Source: an uncultured Planctomycetaceae bacterium
GTDB lineage: Bacteria > Planctomycetota > Planctomycetia > Isosphaerales > Isosphaeraceae
Direction of reading: 5' to 3'
DNA length: 64,000 bases
Assembly (NCBI GenBank): GCA_963833985.1
Contig: CAWIAD010000002.1
Location: 3,360,001 to 3,424,000, forward strand
Shown here: piece after piece, positions 42,048 through 53,081 of the stretch
Position numbering within the stretch: the stretch's first letter is position 1
How the letters are laid out: every line of letters begins with the position of its first letter
Position numbers and translations under genes: made by a program
Notes under the pieces: generated by a model
Told to the model about the DNA's origin: nothing
The model's input: only the letters and a program-made list of their open reading frames with translations
The model's database searches: none

Positions 42048-43996
42048 ATGGGCCGGCGACTTCTCATCATGATCGGTTGTGTGCTGGTCCTGACCGGGCC
42101 CCTGGCGCTCGGGCAGGAACCAAAGGCCGCGGACAGGTCGGCCGACTTCAGCGCGATGCCGATCACACCCTTGCCTCCGATCTCTCCCAGCGATGATGCC
42201 GCGCAGGATCCGAACGGAGCTGCGCCGGCATCGGCACCCGGCACCCTGCGCAGGTCTGCCGGCGGCGCCATGGAGGAGCCGGGTGATTTGCCGATCGTCA
42301 TCGGAGCAAAGCCGAGGACCGCGGCTGCGTCCCCGGCGGCGGGCGACAAAGGCACGCGCCGGCTGGTTCCCGCGCCGCGCGACGATGCGGTGCAGCGGGT
42401 TGCCGAACCGGCGGCCGCGGACGGTGCCAAGAGCGTTGCAAGCCCGCTTGCGCGGGCGGCCGCGCCGGCCGGGCAGGGGGGCGCGGCACCGCCTGAGGAA
42501 GAATCGGGCGAGGGTTCCAGCTTCGTCCTTCCACCCGACCGTCTCACGCTGGGCAAGCAGGAGGTGGTGCTGAGCGTCGACGTGCAGGCGCCGGCGAACA
42601 TGATTTTCAACCGCGACTCGATCGTCAAGATCGTCGTCAAGAACAGCGGCTCGACCGACGCGCAGGGCGTGATGGTGCGCGACCGGCTGCCGGCCGGATT
42701 GGCGTATGTCAGCAGCCAGCCGGCGGCCCAGCAGGTGGGTGAATCGCTGCTGAGCTGGCGTATCAGTGCCTTGCCCGCGGGTTCCGACCGGACCATCCTG
42801 CTCAAGGTCCGGCCGACGAAGACCGATGGCGCCTTCGACCACGCCGCGACGGTGACGTTCCAGGCCGGCAGCAAGGCCACCAGCCGGGTCCTGCGGCCGC
42901 GGCTCAAGCTCGAGGTGGTGCAGGCCCCCATCGAGGGCAAGGTGCTCAAGAACAAGACGGCCGAGTTCCGGATCGCGATCACGAACTCCGGCAACGGCCC
43001 GGCGCGGAACGTGATCGTCAAGGCCAAGCTGAGCGCGGGGCTGAGGCACGACACGGGCGAGCGCAACGAGGACAACAGCTTCGAGCTGCCGATCCAGGAG
43101 CTGCGCGCCGGCCAGCGTGAAGATCTGGACCCGCTCACCGTCGAGGCGATCCAGGGCGGCGACCAGACGTGCACGGTCACGGCCACCAGCGAGGATGTGG
43201 ACGTGGACAAGGAAGCGGCCGAGGTTGTTCGCAACGTCACGGTTGTCGAGCCCAAGCTGACCATGACCCTGACCGGCCCTGACAAGCGTTTCACCGATAC
43301 GATCGCCAACTATGCGATCGCGCTGGAGAACCCCGGCACAGCGCCGGCACGGAACGTCAAGGTGCTGGCGACCCTGGGCGTGAGCGGCCGGCTCATGGCC
43401 ATTCCGCAGGGAGCAAAGTACGACACGGCCTCGCGCCGGTTGCAATGGACCATTCCGCAGATCGATCCGGGTGAGAAGCCGCGCCCTTGATCTTCGAGGT
43501 GCGCATGGGCGGCATCAGCGCCTACGAGGTGCACGTGGAGTCGCGCTGCGACAACGTGGCAGCGCTCAAGGATCGCAAGATCACCGACGTGCAGGGCATG
43601 CCCGACGTCGACCTGGTGGTGCGCGAGCGGCGCAGGGTTGTCGATGTCGAAGGCACCACGACGTTCCAGATCCGCCTGCGCAACTACGGCACCAAGGAAG
43701 CCACGCGGCTGCTGGTCTCGGCCAAGCTGTCCGACAACTTCGAGGTGAAAGACACGGCGGGCGGCCCGGAGGGTCAGTCGTTCCAGAAGGGTGACCGGCT
43801 GCTCTTCCCGCTCATCGAGCGGCTCGGGCCGGGCAAGGAGATGGTCCTGGGCATCAAGGTCAAGGTGACCAAGTCGCAACCCAAGATCGGCACCTGCCGC
43901 GTCTTCTTGCAGCACGACGACCTCACCGAGCCGCTCGAAGACATGGCCGCGGTGAAGGTCACCGAATCGGCCCGCGGCGCCACCACCGGCCCGTGA
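42048..43996 (+). CDS. Exported DUF11-repeat (Ig-like) protein; frameshift near 43485
   Basis: Signal peptide, disordered linker and four repeats of IxxxNxGxxxAxxV. Confidence 0.82.
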
Positions 43997-44176
43997 GCCG
44001 GGGCGGGGCAACAGGCCCCTGGATTGTGGGCCGATCCACGTTGCCCGGGCGCCGCGCGACCAGCCGAGGTTGGTTCGCCGCCGGTTTCACCTTAGAATCA
44101 ACGTGTCGGCCGTGCGCCCGGAAGCCAGCGCCAGGGTCGCCTTTGCCTGGCTGTGCTTCCGGCGATCGCTTCGCTC

Positions 44177-46702
44177 ATGATGCAGGGACACTCGATGCAG
44201 CAACCGAGATTCGCCAGGTTCGCCTTCGACTGCCGGTTGAACGTTGCGGTCTGCGTCCTGCTCGCTCTGGCCGGCACAATGGGCCGGGGCAGCGATGCGG
44301 GCGCCCAGGAGCCTGCCGGCAAGGACGCTCGGCCCACCAACAGGCTGAGCAAGGAAACCAGCCCCTACCTGCTCTTGCACGCGCACAACCCGGTGGACTG
44401 GTATCCCTGGGGACCGGAGGCGTTCGCCAGGGCGAAGGCGGAAAACAAGCCGGTCTTCCTGTCCATTGGCTACAGCTCCTGCTACTGGTGCCACGTGATG
44501 GAGCGCGAGAGCTTCTCTGACGCGGAGATTGCCCGGTTCCTGAACGAGCACTTCGTGTGCATCAAGGTGGACCGCGAGGAGCGCCCGGACGTTGACCAGA
44601 TCTACATGGCCGCGCTCCAGGCGTTCAGCACCGGCGGCTGGCCGATGTCGATGTTCCTCCTGCCTGACGGCCGCCCGTTCTACGGCGAGACCTATCTGCC
44701 GCCTCGCGACCACCAGGGATTCGCCGGCTTGCTGAGCGTGCTCAAAGGAATCGTCAAGTCCTGGCGCGAGGAACGTGCGGAGATTGACCGGTCGGCGGCC
44801 GGGCTGACCGAGATCGTCCGCCGCAAGCTGGCGAGCCCGGCCAATCGCAAGAAGCCGGAGCTCTCGCCCGCCCTGGCCGCCTCCGGGCGCGAAGCCCTGG
44901 CCGAGCAGTTCGATCCCGAGTTCGGAGGTTTCGGCTTCAGCGCGGCGAACCCGCGCCGGCCCAAGTTCCCCGAGCCCGCCAACCTCGTCTTCCTGCTCGA
45001 CCAGGAGCGCCGGGATGCAGCCAGAAGCGGCGCAAGCAAACCGTCCACCAGCAGGCCCGCGCGAAACGACCCTCTGTTCATGGCACTCTTCACCCTCGAC
45101 CGCATGGCGCGGGGAGGGATTCGAGATCAGCTCGCCGGCGGCTATCACCGCTACGCCACCAGCCGCTACTGGATCGTGCCGCACTTCGAGAAGATGCTGT
45201 ATGACAACGCCCAGCTCGCCTCGGTTCACCTGATGGCGTTTGAGCGCACTGGCGATCTCCGCTGGCGACGGGAGGCCGAGGCCACCTTCGCCTTTGTGGC
45301 CCGGACGATGACCGCGCCGCAGGGGGGCTTCTACTCCTCGCTCGACGCCGAGTCGGCCGATGGCGAGGGGGCCTATTACGTCTGGACGCGCGAGGAGGTC
45401 AAGGACGCGCTCGGCAGCGGACCCGAGGCCGAGGCTTTCTTGCAGGTTTACGGGCTGAAAAGGGAGCCGAATTTCGAGCATGGCCGCTACGTTCTGCTCC
45501 AGCCCAGACCACTCGCGGAACAGGCCGGCAAGCTGCAAACCACGCCGGCCAGGCTCGAAGAACAACTCGCCCCGCTCCGCGCCCGCCTGCTCGCGGCGCG
45601 CGCCAGCCGCCAGGCCCCGCGCTGCGACGACAAGATCATCACCGCCTGGAACGGACTGATGATCGCCGCCTATGCCGACGGCTATCGCGTTCTCAAGAAC
45701 GAACAATATCGCCGCGCCGCCGAGAACTGCGCCGGGTTCCTGCTGGAGAAGCTGCGCGAGCCCGGCGGACGGCTGCTCAGGACCTACCGCGCAGGCAGCG
45801 CCAGATTGCCCGCTTACCTGGAGGATTATGCGTTCCTGGTCCACGGGCTGCTGCGGCTGCACGCGGCCACGGGGCAGTCGCGCTGGCTCGACGAGGCGCG
45901 GACCCTGGCCGATCGCATGGTCGCCGACTTCTTCGATACCAGGCAAGGCGGTTTCTTCTTCACGGCCGGCGATCATGAGAGCCTGCTCGCCCGTCCCAAG
46001 GACCTGTACGACGGCGCACTGCCCAGCGGCAACAGCGCAGCGGTGCTCGACCTCGTGGCCCTGGCCCGCGCCACGCGTGAGCCGCGCTACCTGGAGCCGG
46101 CCCGGCGCACGCTCGAGGCCCTCGGCTCGGCCATGCAACAGAACCCCGCCGCCATGCCGCTCCTGCTGGTCGGCTTGCAAGACTACCTCGACGCGCGGGG
46201 CAGCGCGGTTGTGCCCAGGCCGGACGGAGGCGGGTCGGAGCCCGCGGCGCGGGCGGGCCCTTCCCATGTCAAGGCCACCGCGCGGTGGCTTGACACCCGT
46301 TCGCCGTCCACCAGCGGCTTGCTGCGCGCGGTCGTCTCCCTGGAGATCGAGCCGGGCTGGCACATCTACGCCAACCCGGCCGGCGACCCGCTCATGAAGC
46401 CGACGTCGCTGACGCTCAACGAGGGAACGTCCGCGGCGAAGCTCACTGTCGAGTATCCCCCAGGGAAAACCGGTCCAGGCGGTACACCGGACGCGCGGCC
46501 GCCGCTGGTCTACGAGGGGAAAGTCGAACTGCCGATCCGCCTCTCTTTGACCTCCGAAGGCTTGTCGTCCAACCTGACGCTGCGGTTGAAGCTCGGTTTT
46601 CAGGCTTGCGACGACGGCGTCTGCCTTCCCCCGGCAAGCCTGATGGTCCCCCTGGAAGTGTCTTCTCTGCCGCAAGCCCGTCCCGCGGAGAGCCGGCCAT
46701 GA
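44177..46702 (+). CDS. DUF255/YyaL thioredoxin-domain protein with C-terminal DsbD-N-like domain
   Basis: [40 protein letters not shown] and [12 protein letters not shown]. Confidence 0.9.
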   Translation: MMQGHSMQQPRFARFAFDCRLNVAVCVLLALAGTMGRGSDAGAQEPAGKDARPTNRLSKETSPYLLLHAHNPVDWYPWGPEAFARAKAENKPVFLSIGYSSCYWCHVMERESFSDAEIARFLNEHFVCIKVDREERPDVDQIYMAALQAFSTGGWPMSMFLLPDGRPFYGETYLPPRDHQGFAGLLSVLKGIVKSWREERAEIDRSAAGLTEIVRRKLASPANRKKPELSPALAASGREALAEQFDPEFGGFGFSAANPRRPKFPEPANLVFLLDQERRDAARSGASKPSTSRPARNDPLFMALFTLDRMARGGIRDQLAGGYHRYATSRYWIVPHFEKMLYDNAQLASVHLMAFERTGDLRWRREAEATFAFVARTMTAPQGGFYSSLDAESADGEGAYYVWTREEVKDALGSGPEAEAFLQVYGLKREPNFEHGRYVLLQPRPLAEQAGKLQTTPARLEEQLAPLRARLLAARASRQAPRCDDKIITAWNGLMIAAYADGYRVLKNEQYRRAAENCAGFLLEKLREPGGRLLRTYRAGSARLPAYLEDYAFLVHGLLRLHAATGQSRWLDEARTLADRMVADFFDTRQGGFFFTAGDHESLLARPKDLYDGALPSGNSAAVLDLVALARATREPRYLEPARRTLEALGSAMQQNPAAMPLLLVGLQDYLDARGSAVVPRPDGGGSEPAARAGPSHVKATARWLDTRSPSTSGLLRAVVSLEIEPGWHIYANPAGDPLMKPTSLTLNEGTSAAKLTVEYPPGKTGPGGTPDARPPLVYEGKVELPIRLSLTSEGLSSNLTLRLKLGFQACDDGVCLPPASLMVPLEVSSLPQARPAESRP

Positions 46703-47310
46703 GCACCGTGACAAGAATCCGCATCGGCCCCGCCGACCAGGGACGCGCCATGAGCCTGGCGGAGTTCGAGCACGCCGAGACCGAGGGAGGCCGGCTCTTC
46801 GAGCTGGGCAGGGGAATTGTCGCCATGGTCGATGTACCGAAACCGGGCCATTTCAAGCTTGTCGACGCGATCCGCGAGCAATTCTCGGAACTTCGCAAGC
46901 AGCGGCCCCAGCTCATTTATGGTGTCGCAGGGGGTGCGGAGTGCAAGCTGCTGATCTCGGACCTGGAATCGGAACGGCATCCCGACCTGGCCGTCTACAA
47001 GACGCCGCCTCCGGAGGCAGAGAGCGACGATGAAATCTGGTCGCAGTGGGTTCCCGAGATCGTCATCGAGGTGGTCTCGGCCAGCTCTCGCCAGCGCGAT
47101 TACCACGAGAAGCCGGAGGACTACCTGCGCCTCGGCGTGATCGAATACTGGATCGTCGATGCCGACGAGGGGTTCATGAAGGTCCTGCGGCGCTCGCGGG
47201 GCCGGTGGGCCGAGCAGGCCGTGCGCCCTCCCGCTCTTTACCGGACGCGGCTGCTGCCCGGATTCGAGTTCTCCATCGAGGCCGTCTTCCATGCCGCACG
47301 CGGTTCCTGA
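46699..47310 (+). CDS. Uma2 (DUF820) family endonuclease, copy 1
   Basis: [32 protein letters not shown] overlap with the upstream gene. Confidence 0.9.
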   Translation: MSTVTRIRIGPADQGRAMSLAEFEHAETEGGRLFELGRGIVAMVDVPKPGHFKLVDAIREQFSELRKQRPQLIYGVAGGAECKLLISDLESERHPDLAVYKTPPPEAESDDEIWSQWVPEIVIEVVSASSRQRDYHEKPEDYLRLGVIEYWIVDADEGFMKVLRRSRGRWAEQAVRPPALYRTRLLPGFEFSIEAVFHAARGS

Positions 47311-47423
47311 AAGGTGAAGCTCGATTTCCAGGCTTGCGGCGAACGCGTCTGCCTTCCGGCAAGCTTGATGGTTCCCCTGGAAGTGTCTTCTCTGCCCCAA
47401 GCCCGTCCCGCGGAGAGCCGGCC

Positions 47424-48035
47424 ATGAGCACCGTGACGAGAATCCGCATCGGCCCCTCTGACCAGGGACGCGCCATGAGCCTGGCGGAGTTCGAGCACGC
47501 CGAGACCGAGGGAGGCCGGCTCTTCGAGCTGGGCAGGGGAATTGTCGCCATGGTCGATGTGCCGAAACCTTATCACCTGGCCATGATTCACGCGATACGC
47601 CGCCAGCTTCACGAGTACGACGCAGCCAAACCCGGTCGCATTCACACCATCGCTGCCGGCGGCGAGTGCAAGCTGCTGATCTCTGACCTGGAATCGGAAC
47701 GGCATCCCGACCTGGCCGTCTACAAGACGCCGCCTCCGGAGGCAGAGAGCGACGATGAAATCTGGTCGCAGTGGGTTCCCGAGATCGTCATCGAGGTGGT
47801 CTCGGCCAGCTCTCGCCAGCGCGATTACCACGAGAAGCCGGAGGACTACCTGCGCCTCGGCGTGATCGAATACTGGATCGTCGATGCCGACGAGGGGTTC
47901 ATGAAGGTCCTGCGGCGCTCGCGGGGCCGGTGGGCCGAGCAGGCCGTGCGCCCTCCCGCTTTATACCGGACGCGGCTGCTGCCCGGATTCGAGTTCTCCA
48001 TCGAGGCCGTCTTCCATGCCGCACGCGGTTCCTGA
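47424..48035 (+). CDS. Uma2 (DUF820) family endonuclease, copy 2
   Basis: Same motifs and length as copy 1. Confidence 0.9.
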   Translation: MSTVTRIRIGPSDQGRAMSLAEFEHAETEGGRLFELGRGIVAMVDVPKPYHLAMIHAIRRQLHEYDAAKPGRIHTIAAGGECKLLISDLESERHPDLAVYKTPPPEAESDDEIWSQWVPEIVIEVVSASSRQRDYHEKPEDYLRLGVIEYWIVDADEGFMKVLRRSRGRWAEQAVRPPALYRTRLLPGFEFSIEAVFHAARGS

Positions 48036-49811
48036 AAGCGGCGCAGTTCCGCAAAGCGGTGTGGTTCCGGAAAGCGGCTCGGTACCAGAAAGCGGCAAGT
48101 CCGGAAGCCCGGCACTCTCACGATCCAGGCTCGCCGCCGTCTGGCTGCGCAGGCTTGCACTCGCCGTTCCCATCGCCTTGCTCATCCTGACCATGATCGT
48201 GTTGCCGGGATGGATTCCCTTGCTCCCGCGGACGCTCTTGCGAGCCGCGACAGAACTATTTCTGCGTGGCGTGCTGCTCTCGTATGCCGCACTTCTGGTC
48301 GCGGGGATTGCCGGCCTGCCGGTCGCCGCCTGGCTCTGGGCCAGGTCGCTGCGGCGTGCGCGGCGACGCGCCTGGATCGACCGCCTGTTCCTGACCTGTC
48401 TCTCGTGCCTGCTCGCACTGGTGGTTCTGGAGGTGGGATCGTTCGCCTGGCGGAGCTGGATGCACCGGCTTCCGGCCATGCCGTACCGCTTTGCCGAGCA
48501 GCCCCGGGAAGTACCAGGATCGTCGTGCTCGGAGGCTCCAGCGCCCTGGGCGAGCCTTTCAGGCCCTGGATCTCGGTCGGCCAGATCGTGGCCTGGCGAT
48601 TGCAGGAGGCCCTGCCCGCGCGATCCGTCGAGCTCGATATCCTGGCGTTCCTGGGCGACTCGCTGGAACAGCAACACAGGAAGTTGAGCAGCATCACCCG
48701 GCGGCCCGACGTGGTGATCATCTACTCGGGCCATAACGAGTTCACGGCCCGGTTCGAGGAAGACCGGGGCGACGCCGTCGCGGAGGAGCCAGGGCTCTGG
48801 TGGCTCCAGGCGTTCTACCGCCAGAGCCTGCATTCGTCCTTCTGCCGGCTGGTCTACGAGCTGGTGAGCAAGAACCGGCTGGACAGTCCGCCGCCCTTGA
48901 AAGGCCGCCATCAGCTCATCGATCCGCCGCTTTGCAGCCCGAGTGAAAGGGCCGAGGTGCTGGCCAACTTCCGGCTTCGCCTGGAAGCGCTGGCCTCCTA
49001 CTGCGAGCAGATCAGCGCCCTGCCCATCCTTATCATCCCGCCGGCGAACGAGGCGGATTACGAGCCCAGCCGTTCGGTCTTGCCGGCGTGGACCTCCGCG
49101 GAGCAGCGGACGCGCCTGGCGAACGAATTCGGCGCGGTGCGCAGCGTCGAGCCGGCAGATCCGGCCCGCGCCGAGTCGCTCTATCGGGCGATCCTTGATC
49201 GTCATCCGGGCTTTGCCGAGGCCCATTACCGGCTCGGTCGGCTCTTGACGCGGTCGGGCCGGAGCGGCGAGGCGCGCAGTCATTTCAACCTGGCACTCGA
49301 GCATGACGGCTTGCCGAACCGCTGCAAGGCCGAGTTCCGCCAGGTCTACACCGATGTCGCGGCACGCCATCCGCGCTGCATCCTGATTGATGGGCGGCAG
49401 GAGCTGATGGCCGCAAGCCCGACGGGGCTGCTCGACGACAACCTACTGGAGGATACGCACCATCCGAATCTGAAGGGCCAGATGGTGATCGCGGGGGCCG
49501 TGCTGCGGGAGCTCGACGCCCGGCAGGCGTTTGGCACCAAGAAGCTTGCTCATCCCCTGGGCCCGCGGGAATGCCGCGACCATTTTCAACTTGACGGTGC
49601 GCGGCTGGCCGCGGCCTGCGAGCGCACGAGCGTGCATTATCGCCGCGTGGCGGGCTATCGTTATGATCCCGCGGAACGGCTGGAAAAGTCGCGTGTCTTC
49701 GGCGAGGCCGCTCGTCAGCTCCGCGCCGGGGCGGAACCCGAGCAGGTCGGCCTGCCCGGCTTCGACTTTCGCCAGATCGCGTCTGCAACGGCCCCCGCAT
49801 CGGGCCATTGA
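48016..49811 (+). CDS. Membrane-anchored SGNH/GDSL-like protein with TPR; frameshift near 48505
   Basis: Three TM helices, IVVLGGSS, IYSGHNE, TPR AEAHYRLG and DTHHP. Confidence 0.78.
48025..48096 (+). repeat. 18-bp degenerate tandem repeat x4 (xVPESG)
   Basis: gcggttcctgaaagcggc and three variants, in frame at the N-terminus of the SGNH gene. Confidence 0.85.
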
Positions 49812-49865
49812 ATGATGATGCAGACGTGGGCGAACGGGTTCGAGACCGTGGTTGCAACAGGCAGC

Positions 49866-50438
49866 TCACTCGTCGATCTGCTCGACCTGCCAGTCCTGGA
49901 GGTCCACGGTCGCGCCGCGGCCGAGGAAGTGGACGACTGCCACGAGCTGGTCCTTCTTACCGCGCCTGATGACGGTTCCCTCGATGCCGGTCAGGGGCCC
50001 CGTGGTGACCCGAACCCGAGCGCCAACGGGTACGGCCGGCTCGGGCAGCACGGCAAGGCCGGAGCCGAGCATCGTGTGAATCTGCCGCAGGTCTCGCTCC
50101 AGTGCAGCCTGGTCCTGAACCTCCAGGACGTTCACCAGGCGGTTGCCCTGCAAGGCGGTCAGGCGGGCGTTGCGGTCGCCGAGCAGGAACAGATAACCTG
50201 GAAAGAGTGGGATTACTGAACGGATCTTCCGTCCCTGGGGCGTGCGATCTTCCTTGACGACCTGGGGCAGGAAAAAGCTGATGGCCTGCTTGCGGAGCTC
50301 ACGCCCGGTGGCTTTCTCCTGGCGCGGGCGAGCATGCAAGCACCACCAGACGGCCTCCGGGCTGTTCCGGGGAACGCCTGCCGGTTGGTCCCACAGGTCG
50401 GGCGGAAAGAAGTCGGGTTCGGCGGGCAGGATCGGCAT
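49866..50438 (-). CDS. NusG paralogue (RfaH/UpxY-like antiterminator)
   Basis: WWCLHARPRQEK, PLFPGYLF and KOW motif VRVTTGPLTGIEG. Confidence 0.87.
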   Translation of the reverse strand: MPILPAEPDFFPPDLWDQPAGVPRNSPEAVWWCLHARPRQEKATGRELRKQAISFFLPQVVKEDRTPQGRKIRSVIPLFPGYLFLLGDRNARLTALQGNRLVNVLEVQDQAALERDLRQIHTMLGSGLAVLPEPAVPVGARVRVTTGPLTGIEGTVIRRGKKDQLVAVVHFLGRGATVDLQDWQVEQIDE

Positions 50439-50623
50439 GAGTCGCTCGATCAGGGGTGACGCCAGCATCCCGGCGAGCACGGCCTCAGCGAAGACAGGCG
50501 CCGCCCGGCATCAAGACAGCGCAACGTACGAGGTGAGCATACTTCAGTTTCGTGTGTTCGTCGAGAAGTCAGTACGCCAGCGCTCTCCTGGAAACAAGGT
50601 TTGAACCACAGTTGAATGCGATC

Positions 50624-51502
50624 ATGCAGGGTCTTTTGAATCTGAACAAGCCATCGGGGATGACGTCGCGTGCCGCGCTCGATCAGGCGGTGCGCTGGTT
50701 TCCTCGGAAACTGAAGGCGGGACACACCGGCACGCTCGATCCGTTGGCCTCGGGCGTGCTGGTGCTGGCGCTCGGGTCCGCCACGAGGCTCGTCGACCTG
50801 GTGCAGCGCATGCCCAAGCTGTACCGCACACGCATTCTCCTGGGCGCGAGGAGTGACACTCTCGACGCCGACGGGCGTGTGGAGAACGTCTCCATTCCCG
50901 TCATTCCAGACGTGGAGAGTATTCGCCAGGTTCTCGCCGGCCAGGTCGGCGAGATTCTTCAGCGCCCGCCCGCGTTCTCGGCGGTGAAGGTGAATGGCCG
51001 GCGCGCTTACGACCTGGCCCGAGCGGGTCAGGCGGTGGAGATTTCTCCCAGGCCCGTACGCATCGACCGTATTGAGGTGCTGAGCTATACCTGGCCGCTG
51101 CTGGAGCTCGAGGTGGAGTGCGGTGGCGGGACGTATATCCGTTCCATTGCGCGCGACCTGGGCGACGCGCTGGGATGCGGAGGGCTGGTGCAGACGCTGG
51201 TGCGTACCCGGATTGGCCCGTTCACGCTCGGCGACGCGCTCGATCTCGCAGAGGTCAACCATGATACGCTGATTGCCCGTCTCCTCCCCGCCCGGTCTGC
51301 AACGGCGAACCTGCCGAGCATTTCCCTCGACGAGGACCAGACCCGCTCCGTCAGCCAGGGACGAGCGCTCGACGCGGCGAGCCTGTTCCCAGGTTCGGTC
51401 CCGCAAGGAGAGATTGCTCTGCTGGACGCACAGGGACGGCTGCTGGGCCTTGGCGAGTGCGACGGCGTGCGGTGGATTCATCCCCGCAAGGTGCTGGTGT
51501 GA
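50624..51502 (+). CDS. truB: tRNA pseudouridine-55 synthase
   Basis: NKPSGMTS, GHTGTLDPLASGVL and GTYIRS. Confidence 0.96.
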   Translation: MQGLLNLNKPSGMTSRAALDQAVRWFPRKLKAGHTGTLDPLASGVLVLALGSATRLVDLVQRMPKLYRTRILLGARSDTLDADGRVENVSIPVIPDVESIRQVLAGQVGEILQRPPAFSAVKVNGRRAYDLARAGQAVEISPRPVRIDRIEVLSYTWPLLELEVECGGGTYIRSIARDLGDALGCGGLVQTLVRTRIGPFTLGDALDLAEVNHDTLIARLLPARSATANLPSISLDEDQTRSVSQGRALDAASLFPGSVPQGEIALLDAQGRLLGLGECDGVRWIHPRKVLV

Positions 51503-51654
51503 AACCCGGAACAGTCCCAGCCCGAGCCGGGCCGCGAACCTGCTCGGCAAGCGTGTGTCCATTGCGGTGCGGGCCACGGAGCGCGGTTCCGGCCCGGCAG
51601 GGTTCCGGTCCGGTCCTGCCTTCTGCCCTCCTGTCCCGAGTCTTTGTTTCTTCG

Positions 51655-51683
51655 TTGACCTGAACATCGGGGCGTCATAGAAT
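51655..51683 (+). promoter_or_regulatory. Sigma70 promoter of hflX
   Basis: TTGACC-N17-TAGAAT. Confidence 0.65.
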
Positions 51684-51749
51684 TTGGGCGAGCCGGGTGA
51701 GCGTTGCCTTCCCGTCAACCCTCAGATGGAAACGAGGTCCAATCTTATC

Positions 51750-53051
51750 TTGATCGATACAAAACGAAGCGAGCGTTTGGAACGCCCTGAACGCACCATC
51801 CTCGTGGGTGTGATTCTGCCGGATCACGACACCACCCAGGACGACCCGCTCGACGAGATCCGCGGGCTGGCCAAGACCGCCGGCCTTCATGTCATTGGCA
51901 CCATGCTCCAGAAGCGGCAGCAAATCGACATCGCGACGTATATCGGCTCCGGCAAGGTGCAGGAGCTCAAGGAGCTGGTGCAGGCGCACGAGGCCGACGT
52001 GGTTGTCTTCGACAACGACCTGGGCCCTGCACAGATGCGCAACCTGGAGCGGGCCATCGAGGTCAAGGTCGTGGACCGCACCGAGGTCATCCTGGACATC
52101 TTTGCCACCCACGCGCGGACGCACGAGGCGCATCTTCAGGTGGAGCTGGCCCAGCTTGAATACGCCATGCCCCGCCTCAAGCGGATGTGGACGCACCTGT
52201 CACGGTACAAGGGCGGAATTGGCGTCCGCGGGCCTGGCGAGAAGCAGCTCGAGGAAGACCGCCGGCTGGTCGCCCACCGGATCCAGGAGCTGAAGACGAA
52301 GCTGGCGCGGATCCAGGCGCGGAAGGAGCGCGAGGTCGCCGGACGGGCCGACATCCCGACCGTCTCCCTGGTCGGCTACACCAACGCCGGCAAGAGCACG
52401 CTCATGAATGCGCTCACCGGCGCCGGGGTGCTGGTCGAGGACAAGCTCTTCGCCACGCTCGACACCCGCACGCGGAAGTGGCGGTTCCAGGGAGGCGGCC
52501 AGGCCCTGCTCTCGGACACCGTCGGCTTCATTCGCAACCTGCCGCACGCTCTGGTGGCGTCGTTCAAGGCGACACTCGAGGAGGCCAGGCAGGCCGACCT
52601 TTTGCTGCACGTCGTGGACGCTTCCAGCCCCGAGGCCGAAGCCCAGGTGAAGGCCGTTGTGGATGTGCTGGCCGAGCTCGGACTGGAGGATCACCCCACG
52701 CTCCTGGTGCTGAACAAGGCTGACCGCATCAAGGATCACTCGTTCCTTCATGTGCTGCGAGCGCACCACCGTGACTCGGTGACCATCAGTGCGGCCCGGG
52801 GTGAGGGTCTCGATGACCTGGAGCGGGCCGTACGCGAGGCGCTGCTCGAGCATGCGCTCGACGCCGAGGTGGAGACCGGTGTGGCCAACGGCCGCGTGCT
52901 GGCCTACCTGGCCCAGCACGCGCAGATCTGGGATCGCACGTACGACCAGGATCGCGTGCTGTTGCAGTGCCGCATCCCGCGCCGCTGTCTCGATTTCCTC
53001 CAGGAAAACGGTGTCGCCGTGCGGGCCAACGGGCAAAGGATGTATGCCTGA
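51750..53051 (+). CDS. hflX: GTPase HflX
   Basis: GYTNAGKS, LFATLD, DTVGFI and NKAD; start at TTG 51750 or ATG 51726. Confidence 0.96.
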   Translation: MIDTKRSERLERPERTILVGVILPDHDTTQDDPLDEIRGLAKTAGLHVIGTMLQKRQQIDIATYIGSGKVQELKELVQAHEADVVVFDNDLGPAQMRNLERAIEVKVVDRTEVILDIFATHARTHEAHLQVELAQLEYAMPRLKRMWTHLSRYKGGIGVRGPGEKQLEEDRRLVAHRIQELKTKLARIQARKEREVAGRADIPTVSLVGYTNAGKSTLMNALTGAGVLVEDKLFATLDTRTRKWRFQGGGQALLSDTVGFIRNLPHALVASFKATLEEARQADLLLHVVDASSPEAEAQVKAVVDVLAELGLEDHPTLLVLNKADRIKDHSFLHVLRAHHRDSVTISAARGEGLDDLERAVREALLEHALDAEVETGVANGRVLAYLAQHAQIWDRTYDQDRVLLQCRIPRRCLDFLQENGVAVRANGQRMYA

Positions 53052-53081
53052 GCTGAGAGCCGTTGCCGCTGGCAACTCTCC

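Larger units (their letters stand above)
46587..48038 (+). repeat. Tandem duplication, about 725-bp unit
   Basis: 46587-47313 versus 47315-48038; each unit holds the DUF255 gene 3' end plus a whole Uma2 gene. Confidence 0.95.

Noticed and set aside
46587..48038. Diversity-generating retroelement TR/VR pair
   Set aside because: Differences are not adenine-specific (for example GGC versus TAT), both copies are full genes, and there is no reverse transcriptase in the window.
48025..48096. CRISPR-like short repeats
   Set aside because: Head-to-tail 18-bp units without spacers that vary at codon level; a coding repeat, and no cas genes are present.
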